A stretch of DNA of 64,000 nucleotides from Mucilaginibacter sp. GTDB taxonomy: Bacteria > Bacteroidota > Bacteroidia > Sphingobacteriales > Sphingobacteriaceae. Each line of letters opens with the position of its first letter. Position 1 is the stretch's first letter. The position numbers were made by a program, and so were the translations under genes. The notes under the pieces are model-generated. The model had not been told where the DNA came from. It ran no database searches and was given only the letters and a program-made list of their open reading frames with translations. Where the stretch lies: contig NZ_JBGCVY010000049.1 of the NCBI RefSeq assembly GCF_041088075.1, positions 25,203 to 89,202 on the forward strand, in the 5' to 3' direction. This document shows, in pieces, positions 10,009 to 19,072 of the stretch.

Positions 10009-10037
10009 AGATAGATATTTAAACTATTTTAACAAAT

Positions 10038-12194
10038 TTACACCAAACGGAATCCGTGCTTTTTAATTGGAAGTTCCCGAACCCTAAACCCTGTTGCGGC
10101 AAATATGGCATTGCACAATGCAGGTGCTACAGAGGGCACGGACGGCTCACCGCCCCCATCAGGTTTTTCTTCGCCAGCAACCAGGTCAATCTCGAAAGGT
10201 GGCATTTCGTTCATGCGCAATACCTGGTAATCATTAAACGACTGCTGGTTCACAATCCCGTTTGTGATCGTTATTTCGTTGTTGAACATCCCGCTTAAAG
10301 CCCAAACCAGGCTGCCTTCTATTTGTGCCTTTAAACCATCGGGGTCAATCACCAACCCGCAATCAACGGCTGCAACACAGCGGTGGATTTTCACAAGCTT
10401 GTCTTTGCTGACAGATATTTCCATGGCATGGGCCACAACTGCCCCGGAACGGCCATAAGGGCAAACGGCTATCCCGCGATAACGTCCGGTTGCCGGTTTT
10501 TCGTTCCAGCCTATTTTCTCGGCACATCGGGTCAATACGTTTTTCAGGCGTACATTGTCTTTTGGGTTGCCGTTGTTAAACAAGTTAAACCTGAAAATTA
10601 CCGGATCTATTTGGTGATGAACGGCCAGCTCGTCAATAAAACTTTCGATCACAAACACATTCTGACTGAATGAGATTGAACGCCATGACCCTATTGGTAT
10701 TGGCGATTCGACCGGATAAAATGCGCTTTGGTAATCGCCAACGGGATAGCAAAGATCGTTTGTTACGCCTCCGAAACTGTCCCATGGGCCTGATATTTCT
10801 TTGTTTGGAAACGTAGCGATCCCATATTGATGCCGCCAATGGCTGATTTGGTCTTGTGCACCTACTGCTGCCAAATGGTGATGGCTTGCTGGCCTGTAAA
10901 AATCGGCCTGGATATCATCGGTACGGTTGAACAACACCTGCACCGGCAAATCCAAAGCCTTGGTAAGCAGCATGGCTTCGGCCACATTGTCTATTTTTTC
11001 TTTTCGGCCAAAACTACCGCCCATCGGCATCAGGTTTACATTGATGGCAGAACTCTCAACCCCGAAAATTTTTGGCAAAACATTGTTGATAAACATCGGT
11101 GCCTGGAAGCCGCCCCAAACTTCATACTTGCCGTCTTTATGCCAGGCAGTACAGTTAACAGGTTCCATGGTGGCATGTCCAAGATAAGGCACTTCATAAG
11201 TAGCCTGGTAAACACCGGAATGATCATCAATGGTTTTGAATGGCGCATTTTTTTCTTTGCCATAAACCAGGGCTGGTTTAACGCTTGCAAACTCGGTTTT
11301 AAATTGGTTTGTAAGGTCTTTGTTGTTTTTTATTTTACCAAGTTCGTAGCTCCATTGTACTTTCAACAAACGCTTGCCTTCCTGGGCAGCCCAGGTATTG
11401 GTTGCAATCACCGCTACGGCATTTCTGTTAAGCGCTTCCGGTATTTGGTCAACCTGGATTACTTTAACAAACCCTTTTAAGCCTTTTAACGCGCTATCGT
11501 CCCAACTCTTTACCTTGCCACTAAATACCGGGCAGCGCACCAGTGCGGCATAAAGCATACCGGGCAGTTTAACGTCCATTGTATAGTCATACTTGCCCGT
11601 TACAATTGGTGCGATGTTTGTTTTGGTTATTTTTTGCCCGATGTGCTTAAAATCTTTTATATTTTTAAGCGGGGCCTTTTCCGGAGGGGTTAAAGCACTT
11701 GCTTCTTTTATCAGGTCTTTATAGTCTAAAACCTTGTTATTAACCGTATTGCTTACTTTACCATCCTTTGCCGTACAAGCCTCGACAGGCACTTTCCATC
11801 GTTCTGCAGCAGCCGTTATCAGCATAAGTTTAGCTGTGGCACCAACATGGCGCAGTTGCATCCACGTCCCTTTGATACTTCCGCTGGCCCAGGTGGTATA
11901 ATTGCCTGCATTTGATGCCTTGTAAGGCAGTGTTTCAACCGTTATTTCTTTTGGGTCAACTTCCAGTTCCTCTGCAATAACCAGCGGCAATGCAGTAATC
12001 ACGTTCTGGCCCATTTCCTGCTTGATCACGCTGATAACCACTTTGCCGGTATCAAATATCTTTAATAACGGGTTGGGCGAGAAAATCAAACCTTCAGGCG
12101 CAGTTACTGCCGATGAAGATACAGGCAAAGCATCCGTCAGGAGCCATGCACCTGCCGTAAATGTTGAAATACGTATAAAATCTCTTCTTTTCAC
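10038..12194 (-). CDS. Molybdopterin-binding oxidoreductase large subunit (aldehyde oxidase / IorB family)
   Basis: 718 aa with a Tat-type signal (MKRRDFIRIS) and resemblance to the xanthine-dehydrogenase-family Mo-binding domain. Confidence 0.85.
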   Translation of the reverse strand: MKRRDFIRISTFTAGAWLLTDALPVSSSAVTAPEGLIFSPNPLLKIFDTGKVVISVIKQEMGQNVITALPLVIAEELEVDPKEITVETLPYKASNAGNYTTWASGSIKGTWMQLRHVGATAKLMLITAAAERWKVPVEACTAKDGKVSNTVNNKVLDYKDLIKEASALTPPEKAPLKNIKDFKHIGQKITKTNIAPIVTGKYDYTMDVKLPGMLYAALVRCPVFSGKVKSWDDSALKGLKGFVKVIQVDQIPEALNRNAVAVIATNTWAAQEGKRLLKVQWSYELGKIKNNKDLTNQFKTEFASVKPALVYGKEKNAPFKTIDDHSGVYQATYEVPYLGHATMEPVNCTAWHKDGKYEVWGGFQAPMFINNVLPKIFGVESSAINVNLMPMGGSFGRKEKIDNVAEAMLLTKALDLPVQVLFNRTDDIQADFYRPASHHHLAAVGAQDQISHWRHQYGIATFPNKEISGPWDSFGGVTNDLCYPVGDYQSAFYPVESPIPIGSWRSISFSQNVFVIESFIDELAVHHQIDPVIFRFNLFNNGNPKDNVRLKNVLTRCAEKIGWNEKPATGRYRGIAVCPYGRSGAVVAHAMEISVSKDKLVKIHRCVAAVDCGLVIDPDGLKAQIEGSLVWALSGMFNNEITITNGIVNQQSFNDYQVLRMNEMPPFEIDLVAGEEKPDGGGEPSVPSVAPALCNAIFAATGFRVRELPIKKHGFRLV

Positions 12195-12206
12195 CTCTTG
12201 TAAATT

Positions 12207-12851
12207 TTAAGGGCTTACAGCACCTTTGCTAATCCATTCGTTAAATGCTTTTACAAATTCACGGTGCGACAAAGGCGGCTTTGCCAAACCTTGTGCCGGG
12301 TACCAGCCAGCCAGCACCAATGTGTCTTTAGTGATATGATCAATCAACGCCTTAATTGATTTTCTACCGTTCCTTTTTTTATCCAACAACTGCCCGGCCA
12401 ACTGATGGGCAGACCTGCCCTGGAAAACCATTGGCATGTTGGCAGGTGGCAAACCCCATTTTGGGTTTCCGGGCGGCATGTGCAAACCCGGAAGGTTGTG
12501 CGATTGGTGGCAATTGGCACATTTTAAAGCATAGATGCCTTTGCCGTCAGGGCCGCGCTTAACGCCTTGCAAATGCAAATGGCTGTCTTCGCCCTGCAAA
12601 GGAATATCCCCGGCAGGATGGCAGTTCATACACCTTGGACTCATCAAAACGGCATAAACTTTAAGGAATGCTTTTTTTGATGCGATGCTGTCCTTTTGTG
12701 TAAAAGGCGGCTTTTTGCTTGTAATTGATGAACCTTCCGGCCGGAAAGAAAAAACAACAACCATGCTCAACAAGGCAGCAATGGTTAATATAACAGAAAC
12801 CCCTTTTTTAGGATAGTAAGAACTTGTTTGTAAAATACGCTTAGGATGCAT
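12207..12851 (-). CDS. Membrane-anchored c-type cytochrome subunit of the Mo-oxidoreductase
   Basis: CMNCH and CANCH haem motifs and a TM anchor. The probable start MHPKR at 12851 overlaps the upstream stop by 11 nt. Confidence 0.7.
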   Translation of the reverse strand: MHPKRILQTSSYYPKKGVSVILTIAALLSMVVVFSFRPEGSSITSKKPPFTQKDSIASKKAFLKVYAVLMSPRCMNCHPAGDIPLQGEDSHLHLQGVKRGPDGKGIYALKCANCHQSHNLPGLHMPPGNPKWGLPPANMPMVFQGRSAHQLAGQLLDKKRNGRKSIKALIDHITKDTLVLAGWYPAQGLAKPPLSHREFVKAFNEWISKGAVSP

Positions 12852-13329
12852 TGCTAACTGATGATTTTTGAATATTGGCAGCGGTATGTATGGCTTGGCG
12901 TACCCGCAGGTAAGTACCGCAGCGGCAAATATTTCCGGATAGTGCGTCGTCAATATCACTATCTGTAGGATTGGGTTTTTCCTGAAGCAAAACGGCTGCC
13001 GACATGATTTGGCCCGACTGGCAATAACCGCATTGTGGCACGTTCACTTCGGCCCAGGCTTGTTGCAAAGGATGGTCGCCGTTTTCAGACAAGCCTTCAA
13101 TGGTTACGATTTTTTTTCCAATTGCACGGGAAACCGGTGTTACGCAAGAGCGTACCGCTTCGCCATCCAAATGTACAGTGCAGGCACCGCATTGCGCCAT
13201 CCCGCAGCCAAATTTGGTACCGGTTAAACCAACAATGTCTCGAAGGAACCACAGCAATGGCATGTCCGGTGAAACATCTGCTTTATACTTCTTTTTATTT
13301 ATAGTTAAATCCTGACTATTGCCAATCAT
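12841..13329 (-). CDS. (2Fe-2S)-binding small subunit of the Mo-oxidoreductase
   Basis: Motifs [22 protein letters not shown] and NICRCGTY. Confidence 0.9.
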   Translation of the reverse strand: MIGNSQDLTINKKKYKADVSPDMPLLWFLRDIVGLTGTKFGCGMAQCGACTVHLDGEAVRSCVTPVSRAIGKKIVTIEGLSENGDHPLQQAWAEVNVPQCGYCQSGQIMSAAVLLQEKPNPTDSDIDDALSGNICRCGTYLRVRQAIHTAANIQKSSVSNAS

Positions 13330-13495
13330 AAAAGATAGGTAATTAAATTAAACAAATTGGAAACCAAATATAATGAAGTATTACCGAAACCCGGGCAACA
13401 GATATAACAAAAGTACAAATGATACAAAAATATGTATGATAATACAAGTATTAGTTAGTTGATAAGCATACTTTGGCTGAACGAATTGCAAGGCT

Positions 13496-13666
13496 TGTTT
13501 AAATTTTTGTTCAACCTGTTTCCGATGCTTTTTTTATCGCTTAAAATTACGGTTAAGTTTTTCATGCTTCTTTTACCGGCATAAAATTAAACTGTAAATT
13601 GTTGCCCTAAAAGAAGCATGGCGGTCAATCATAAATTTGTTGAACATTCTGGTTCGAATTTAAACA
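13496..13666. repeat. Family-1 composite element with a duplicated L-arm
   Basis: Outer TGTTTAAAT, variant L core at 13525, exact L core at 13564, R core at 13608 and TTTAAACA at 13659-13666. Confidence 0.85.
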
Positions 13667-13703
13667 GCCTTTTAATATTGTATTTTCTTAATTTAAAACA
13701 AAT

Positions 13704-14741
13704 ATGGTAAATTTATCTAAAGCTAAAATCAGCAGTTCCCGTCATTTTTATTTCGTATTAGCTCACTTGTCATTGCTTTTGTTAAGCATTCATGTTAGCA
13801 GTTTTGCACAACAGGTTGCAAATAAACCGGCATCCCCACAGGTATTGCCCGGAAAAGGCGCCAAACAATTTGATTTTTTTTATGCCGGCGAAGCAAAAGC
13901 ACGCAACATGTATATTGTGCGCAATGGCAAAATCACATGGTCTTATATAGATACAGTTGGCAAAGGGGAAATTAGCGATGCCGTTTTAATGACGAACGGG
14001 AACATCCTTTTTGCCCACCAGTTTGGCGTTACTTTAATCAACCCCGATAAAAAAGTACTTTGGAACTACGATGCACCTGCTGGTTATGAAACGCACACGG
14101 CGCAACCTATTGGAAAAAATCATGTCGTTTTTATTCAAAATGGCAATCCCGCCAAACTGTTTGTTGTAAATATCAAAACCAATAAAACGGAAAAAGAATT
14201 TGTGTTGCCGACTAAAAACCCGACATCTACTCACGGACAATTTCGCCATGCGAGGCTAACTAAAGCAGGTACGATCCTGGTGGCCCACATGGATATGGGC
14301 AAGGTATGCGAATATGATATTAACGGCAAAGAGCTTTTATCTATTGATGTTCCGGGCGTTTGGTCGGCCGAACCGTTGGACAATGGAAACATCCTTGTGG
14401 CTGGCAATAAAAAACTTGTTCAGGAAATCAACCGGAAAGGGGAAACTGTGTGGGAATGTACAACCGCCGATATCCCTGAATACCAATTTTCGTCCCCGCA
14501 AATAGCCCTTCGCCTGGACAATGGCAATATCCTGGTCAATAATTGGTACAACCAGTGGGGGCCTACCACAAACCAAAGCAGCCTGCCGGTACAAGCCATA
14601 GAAATTACGCCCGGCAAAAAAGTGGTATGGGCCTTGCGAGAATGGACTGCCCCTTTAAACCTCGGGCCATCAACTACCATTCAATTACTGGGCAAGCGTG
14701 GCGTTATTTCAGAAAACGTACATTTTGGCGATATTAAATAA
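13704..14741 (+). CDS. Secreted beta-propeller-like protein, function unknown
   Basis: Signal peptide; recurring NGNIL(F/V) blade-like motifs. Confidence 0.45.
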   Translation: MVNLSKAKISSSRHFYFVLAHLSLLLLSIHVSSFAQQVANKPASPQVLPGKGAKQFDFFYAGEAKARNMYIVRNGKITWSYIDTVGKGEISDAVLMTNGNILFAHQFGVTLINPDKKVLWNYDAPAGYETHTAQPIGKNHVVFIQNGNPAKLFVVNIKTNKTEKEFVLPTKNPTSTHGQFRHARLTKAGTILVAHMDMGKVCEYDINGKELLSIDVPGVWSAEPLDNGNILVAGNKKLVQEINRKGETVWECTTADIPEYQFSSPQIALRLDNGNILVNNWYNQWGPTTNQSSLPVQAIEITPGKKVVWALREWTAPLNLGPSTTIQLLGKRGVISENVHFGDIK

Positions 14742-14761
14742 CCGGGGTTAGTTTGGGCTAA

Positions 14762-14812
14762 AACACAAAAGCCTGCAATCAAACGATTGCAGGCTTTTGT
14801 GTTAATTTTGTT
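14762..14812. terminator. Bidirectional intrinsic terminator
   Basis: 19-bp perfect stem AACACAAAAGCCTGCAATC / GATTGCAGGCTTTTGTGTT with a 4-nt loop, followed by T-rich sequence. It sits between the convergent CDS and tRNA-Ser. Confidence 0.75.
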
Positions 14813-14823
14813 ATCAAACTTTG

Positions 14824-14910
14824 CGGAGAGCTAGGGATTCGAACCCCAGGAACCTTTCACAGTTCAACAGTTTTCAAGACTGCCGCAATCGACCACTCTG
14901 CCAGCTCTCC
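14824..14910 (-). tRNA. tRNA-Ser (anticodon UGA)
   Basis: 87-nt cloverleaf read on the minus strand: GGAGAGC acceptor stem, CT-TGA-AA anticodon loop, long variable arm and GGTTCGAATCC T-loop. Confidence 0.9.
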
Positions 14911-15035
14911 GGGGGTCAAAAGTACAAATCCCGGCGTAAACGGCAAATTTGAATGTTAAATTTTTATCATACTGTTTTTATCGGTGTAATCTGGTTAAAA
15001 TCAAGCATTTATTATCCAAAACAATTTTAGGGGCA

Positions 15036-15093
15036 TAAAAAAAGCATGTAAACTTAATGCCTACATGCTTCTTTTACCTGTGTAAAATTCGGT
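15036..15093. repeat. Family-1 compact tail-to-tail hairpin (R' then L)
   Basis: TAAAAAAAGCAT at 15036-15047 and ATGCTTCTTTTACCTGTGTAAAATTCGG from 15065. Confidence 0.75.
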
Positions 15094-16916
15094 TATTTCA
15101 CCGACAAGTCCACACTTCTTTGGATAAAGTTAGTGAGATCGGCACCGCTTAACATTCCTTGCGAAAGTAGAGCCAGGTCATAAGCTTGTTTGGCCAAGTC
15201 TTTTTTCACTCCTTCATCTGCTGCACTTAATATTTTTTGGATCAGCGGATGGTTAGCGTTTACCGCAACACTCAGCATTTCCGGCATATTGCCCATAAAC
15301 GACATACCGCCGCCGCCCATCGCCTGCATATCTTTCATACGGCGCATAAATTCAGGCTGCGTTACACTTACCGGCAATTCTTCGGGCGACATCGGTTCTA
15401 AAACCACTTTCCGGTCTTTGTTGTTGATGGCGCTTTCAAAAATTTCCTGCACCGCTTTTTCGTTTTCCGGGCTTAATAAACTTTCGGTTTTAGTGTCTTT
15501 TTCAATTAGTTTATCGGCTGTATCGGCATCTACCCTTTTCAGCGTAAATTTCTCCACTTTGCTTTCCAGCATTTGGATGAAATGACTGTCTATCGGGTGC
15601 GTAAACTCCAGCACATCATAGCCTTTGCGCTTGGCCGACTGGATGTAAGCGTCCTGTTTGTTTACATCAGTGGTGTACAACGCCACCAGGTTTCCGTTTT
15701 TGTCCTCCTGGTTTGCCCGGATATGCTCTTTATATTTATCCAATGTAAAGTACTGCTTATCAGTATCAATGTACAAACAAAAATCTTTCGCTTTGTCGTA
15801 AAACTTATCGTTGCTGATCATGCCGTACTTCACAAACAAACCAATGTCCGGCCATTTTTCGGCAAAAGCAGCTTCGTCTTGTTTGTGCAGTTCTGCCAGC
15901 TTGTCGGCCACTTTTTTGGTAATGTACGAATCAATCTTCTTCACGTTCGCATCCGCCTGCAAAAAGCTGCGCGAAACGTTCAATGGAATGTCCGGCGAAT
16001 CAATCACACCTTGCAACAGCATCAAAAACTCCGGCACAATGTCTTTTACTTCATCCGTAATAAATACCTGGCGCGAATACAATTGGATTTTATTGCGCTG
16101 AAACTCGAAATCGTTTTTCAGTTTCGGGAAGTACAAAATCCCGGTAAGGTTGAAAGGGTAATCCACATTTAAATGAATCCAGAATAACGGATCTTCAGAA
16201 AACGGGTATAAATCTTTATAGAAATTAATGTAGTCTTCGTCTTTCAGTTCGCTTGGGGATTTTGTCCAAAGTGGAACTGTATTGTTAATAATTTCGCCGT
16301 CAAACTCAATCGGCACAGGCAAAAACTTGCAATATTTTTTAAGGATTGCCTGGATGCGTGCTTTTTCTAAAAACTCTTTCGAATCTTCGGCAATATGCAA
16401 GATCACGTCCGATCCGCGGCTTGCTTTTTCTGTCGGGTCAATGGTAAATTCTGTACTGCCGTCGCAATCCCAAAGCACGGCTTCGCTGCCTTCTTTGTAC
16501 GAAAGCGTTTTGATTTCGACGTTGGAGGAAACCATAAAAGCCGAGTAAAAACCCAGACCAAAATGTCCGATGATTTCCTTGTTGTCGCCTTTGTCTTTGT
16601 ATTTTTCCACAAATTCTGTAGCACCGGAAAAAGCAATCTGGTTGATGTATTTCTTGACTTCTTCGCCGGTCATGCCAATTCCATGGTCAGAAATGGTGAT
16701 GGTTTGGTCTGCTTCGTTTATCGCAATTTTTATAGTGGTATCGCCCACTTCGCCGTTAAACTCGCCCATACTGGCCAGCCTTTTCAGCTTTTGTGTGGCA
16801 TCAACGGCGTTGGATACCAATTCCCGTAAAAAGATCTCATGATCAGAATAGAGGAACTTTTTGATGATCGGGAAAATATTTTCGGTGTGGATGGAGATAG
16901 AACCTTTTTCCTGCAT
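15093..16916 (-). CDS. htpG: Molecular chaperone HtpG (Hsp90)
   Basis: N-terminal GHKL ATPase motifs (ELVSNAVDA, GHFGLGFYSAFMV) and full-length HSP90 architecture. Confidence 0.95.
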   Translation of the reverse strand: MQEKGSISIHTENIFPIIKKFLYSDHEIFLRELVSNAVDATQKLKRLASMGEFNGEVGDTTIKIAINEADQTITISDHGIGMTGEEVKKYINQIAFSGATEFVEKYKDKGDNKEIIGHFGLGFYSAFMVSSNVEIKTLSYKEGSEAVLWDCDGSTEFTIDPTEKASRGSDVILHIAEDSKEFLEKARIQAILKKYCKFLPVPIEFDGEIINNTVPLWTKSPSELKDEDYINFYKDLYPFSEDPLFWIHLNVDYPFNLTGILYFPKLKNDFEFQRNKIQLYSRQVFITDEVKDIVPEFLMLLQGVIDSPDIPLNVSRSFLQADANVKKIDSYITKKVADKLAELHKQDEAAFAEKWPDIGLFVKYGMISNDKFYDKAKDFCLYIDTDKQYFTLDKYKEHIRANQEDKNGNLVALYTTDVNKQDAYIQSAKRKGYDVLEFTHPIDSHFIQMLESKVEKFTLKRVDADTADKLIEKDTKTESLLSPENEKAVQEIFESAINNKDRKVVLEPMSPEELPVSVTQPEFMRRMKDMQAMGGGGMSFMGNMPEMLSVAVNANHPLIQKILSAADEGVKKDLAKQAYDLALLSQGMLSGADLTNFIQRSVDLSVK

Positions 16917-17014
16917 AACTTTAAATTTTAGTTTATGTGGAAGGCGGAATCAACAATGGTTCCAAAGCGATTTTGGAGACATAAAAATGACAGGTTGACA
17001 GGGAAAGCAACCTG

Positions 17015-17043
17015 ATGCTTCTTTTATCGGGTAAAAATTGGTG
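17015..17043. repeat. Family-1 L-arm (left half of the element that hosts the MIC insertion)
   Basis: ATGCTTCTTTTATCGGGTAAAAATTGGTG. Confidence 0.85.
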
Positions 17044-17079
17044 TCTTTAATAAGTTTACTTAAATTTATGGGAGAAACG

Positions 17080-17101
17080 CACCCCTAACCCCTCTCAAGA
17101 G
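17080..17101. repeat. Left half of the 34-bp palindrome split by the MIC (includes the 12-bp duplicated target)
   Basis: CACCCCTAACCCCTCTCAAGAG; its partner GGGTTAGGGGTG lies at 18573-18584. Confidence 0.8.
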
Positions 17102-17152
17102 TAACTATATATGAGTTGGGATAAGATTTTTTTGATATTAAAAAAGCAGGTA

Positions 17153-17560
17153 TTAACGTATAATACCTGCTTCAATCATTGTGGATAGTTCAATCTCCGT
17201 CTTTTCTACACACTCATCAATATGACAATAAATTAGGTTGTCTTTTTTATTATCTACAAATATTTTTTTAGCAATACCATCCGTTAAACCAATTATGTTA
17301 TAATGGCAAGGATCGCCTTGCGAATCATCAAATTCTATTTGGCAATTTGGTAATAAGTCCCCACTGAATTTGAAATACATTGGAGGATTGGTGTGTTTTG
17401 GGAAATAGTTTCTAATATGGCTACACGTTCCACCTGACAATTTAATTGCACATTCTGAATCAATAACGGATATTCCGTTTTTACCCCTAAAGGCCATGCT
17501 GTTGAATCTTTTTCCTTTTGTTTCATAATGGTGTAAGGATAAAATTCTGATAAACTCCAT
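17153..17560 (-). CDS. Hypothetical protein (MIC cargo)
   Basis: 135-aa ORF that overlaps the upstream ORF by 226 nt in another frame, so its true start or a frameshift is unresolved. Confidence 0.4.
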   Translation of the reverse strand: MEFIRILSLHHYETKGKRFNSMAFRGKNGISVIDSECAIKLSGGTCSHIRNYFPKHTNPPMYFKFSGDLLPNCQIEFDDSQGDPCHYNIIGLTDGIAKKIFVDNKKDNLIYCHIDECVEKTEIELSTMIEAGIIR

Positions 17561-17982
17561 TGTGTTCTTTGATGTATTAATTCCTTTTTTAATCCCTCTA
17601 TGCTTAAAATATCTGATTGGTATAAATCATTATCTTCTTTGTCCATGATTGAAAAATGAAATTTGTTATCGTTTTTAACAAAAATCTCAACCGCTGAATT
17701 TAAAAAATATATTTTAATTAAAACTTCACCATCAAATCCAGGAAAAACGTCTATTGAGGTAAATAACATATTATAAAGGTAAAAACATAGATTTTTTGAC
17801 CTATCAATTGTTTCTATGTTAAATATTTCACCTTCTCCATAGTGCCAACCTTTCTTAAAGGTTAAGAATGTATCAAGCTTTTTAAAAATTGAATTCTTGC
17901 TTTCGCTTGGATTTAAAACAAATAATCCGTAGTTTATTTTATTTTGTTTCATCATCTCTAAGTTTAGCCATTGCCCGATCAA
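17335..17982 (-). CDS. Hypothetical protein (MIC cargo)
   Basis: 215-aa ORF; internal Met codons at 17955 and 17952 are more likely starts; contains a GWHYGEGE...FPGFDGEVLI motif. Confidence 0.5.
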   Translation of the reverse strand: MIGQWLNLEMMKQNKINYGLFVLNPSESKNSIFKKLDTFLTFKKGWHYGEGEIFNIETIDRSKNLCFYLYNMLFTSIDVFPGFDGEVLIKIYFLNSAVEIFVKNDNKFHFSIMDKEDNDLYQSDILSIEGLKKELIHQRTQWSLSEFYPYTIMKQKEKDSTAWPLGVKTEYPLLIQNVQLNCQVERVAILETISQNTPILQCISNSVGTYYQIAK

Positions 17983-18268
17983 TTACATCAGTAGTCATTA
18001 TTTCATTGTTTGAACTTGTTTCCAATCCTACAATTAATCCAGAAAGTTGCATAACAAGCGTTTTAGCAACACTCAAAGATAAGTTAAGTACAGCCTTAGA
18101 CTCATTATTTAGTTTTGCAAGTATTACTATATCGGCATTTGTCATTCCCGTTACAAATCCGTTAAAATAAAGCTTAGGTACATTAGGGTCTTTGTTCGCT
18201 TTGGGTAAATCGTTTACATCTGGCGTTGGTGGTGATATTTTTTGATATTTTAATGTTTTGTCAGACAT
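17939..18268 (-). CDS. Hypothetical protein, DUF3467-like (MIC cargo)
   Basis: 109 aa. The pattern YFNGF..(T/S)..D(I/V)V(I/L)......V.L.LS...AK.L...L matches my recollection of DUF3467; not verified by search. Confidence 0.45.
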   Translation of the reverse strand: MSDKTLKYQKISPPTPDVNDLPKANKDPNVPKLYFNGFVTGMTNADIVILAKLNNESKAVLNLSLSVAKTLVMQLSGLIVGLETSSNNEIMTTDVIDRAMAKLRDDETK

Positions 18269-18560
18269 AATTACTGTTTGATTGCTTACTATATAGGTTT
18301 ATTTTAAACAAAATACGAAAAGATTTTCTTTTTATTTGGTATAAATGTAATTACAATTACCACATTAAAGTGTATAAATTTTGTTAAGGTTTTTCTTTTT
18401 TTGTGTTTTCCTAAAAAATACTCTAATAGCCTCATCAAACTACCTTTGATAGCCATATCTCTTTTTTCATCTTTAACAGGAGGCGGTTTTTCTTTTTTCT
18501 CCTTTGCCGATACTGCATTAAAAAACGGTTCACACCCTTGTTCCAACTCGTATATAGTTA

Positions 18561-18584
18561 CCCTATCAAGAGGGGTTAGGGGTG
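18561..18584. repeat. Right target-duplication copy plus the right half of the split palindrome
   Basis: CCCTATCAAGAG followed by GGGTTAGGGGTG. Confidence 0.8.
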
Positions 18585-18607
18585 TGTCCTTTCAACAAAT
18601 ATTTAAT

Positions 18608-18657
18608 GCTATAAAAGCATCAGGTTCAAAAACCTTTCTCTATACAAAATTGGTGAC
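18608..18657. repeat. Degenerate Family-1 remnants (R-like GCTATAAAAGCAT, L-tail-like TATACAAAATTGGTG)
   Basis: Partial matches only. Confidence 0.4.
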
Positions 18658-19040
18658 TATTCCTTCTTCTCCAACTCCTTCTCCTTCACCTTAGCTTCCG
18701 TTTTTTCGATCTTGATGTCCAAGCGGATCAAGCCGTACAAACTCATGTAAATGTTGGCAATCCAAACCAGACTGAAACCGGCAATTAAATAGCCGCGCCA
18801 ACCATCAAACAACAATTTGTAACCGGTAATGATCAGCATAAAAATGGTGATGTAATGGCTGAAACAGTATTCGCAGGTAAACAAATAGAAAAACTTACGG
18901 GCGGCCAGTGTTTTTTGTTCGTGGCTGTTTTTCACGCAAAACTCCCGGATCTCTTTAAAAACTTCTTCGTGCGTAACCGTCCACGAAATGCAGGCAACCG
19001 GAATGGCCAGCACAAATAACATAACGAAAGGGTTGTACAT
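18657..19040 (-). CDS. Small integral membrane protein
   Basis: 127 aa with 3-4 predicted TM helices. A variant Family-1 arm ends 3 nt upstream of the ATG. Confidence 0.55.
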   Translation of the reverse strand: MYNPFVMLFVLAIPVACISWTVTHEEVFKEIREFCVKNSHEQKTLAARKFFYLFTCEYCFSHYITIFMLIITGYKLLFDGWRGYLIAGFSLVWIANIYMSLYGLIRLDIKIEKTEAKVKEKELEKKE

Positions 19041-19043
19041 GCG

Positions 19044-19072
19044 ATGCTGTTTTTATGCCTGTTTTTTAGTTA
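19044..19072. repeat. Family-1 variant arm (core ATGCTGTTTTTA)
   Basis: Same 2-mismatch variant as at 21193 and 44549; lies 3 nt from the minus-strand ATG at 19040. Confidence 0.65.

Larger units (their letters stand above)
17102..18560. mobile_element. Mobile insertion cassette (MIC)-like element: terminal inverted repeats, target duplication, passenger ORFs, no transposase
   Basis: TIRs TAACTATATATGAGTTGGG (17102-17120) and CCAACTCGTATATAGTTA (18543-18560). Flanking direct repeats CCCTCTCAAGAG (17090-17101) and CCCTATCAAGAG (18561-18572). The interior is visibly AT-rich compared with its flanks. Confidence 0.75.

Noticed and set aside
13330-13703. Possible Moco or other riboswitch in the 374-nt divergent region upstream of the Mo-oxidoreductase operon
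   Set aside because: The region is AT-rich and occupied by a Family-1 element. I see no conserved GC-rich riboswitch core.
15190-16842. Several 88-199-aa ORFs antisense or out of frame within htpG, and similar nested ORFs in the TonB receptor, Mo-enzyme and ABC genes
   Set aside because: They lie wholly inside well-supported long CDSs and are typical shadow ORFs.
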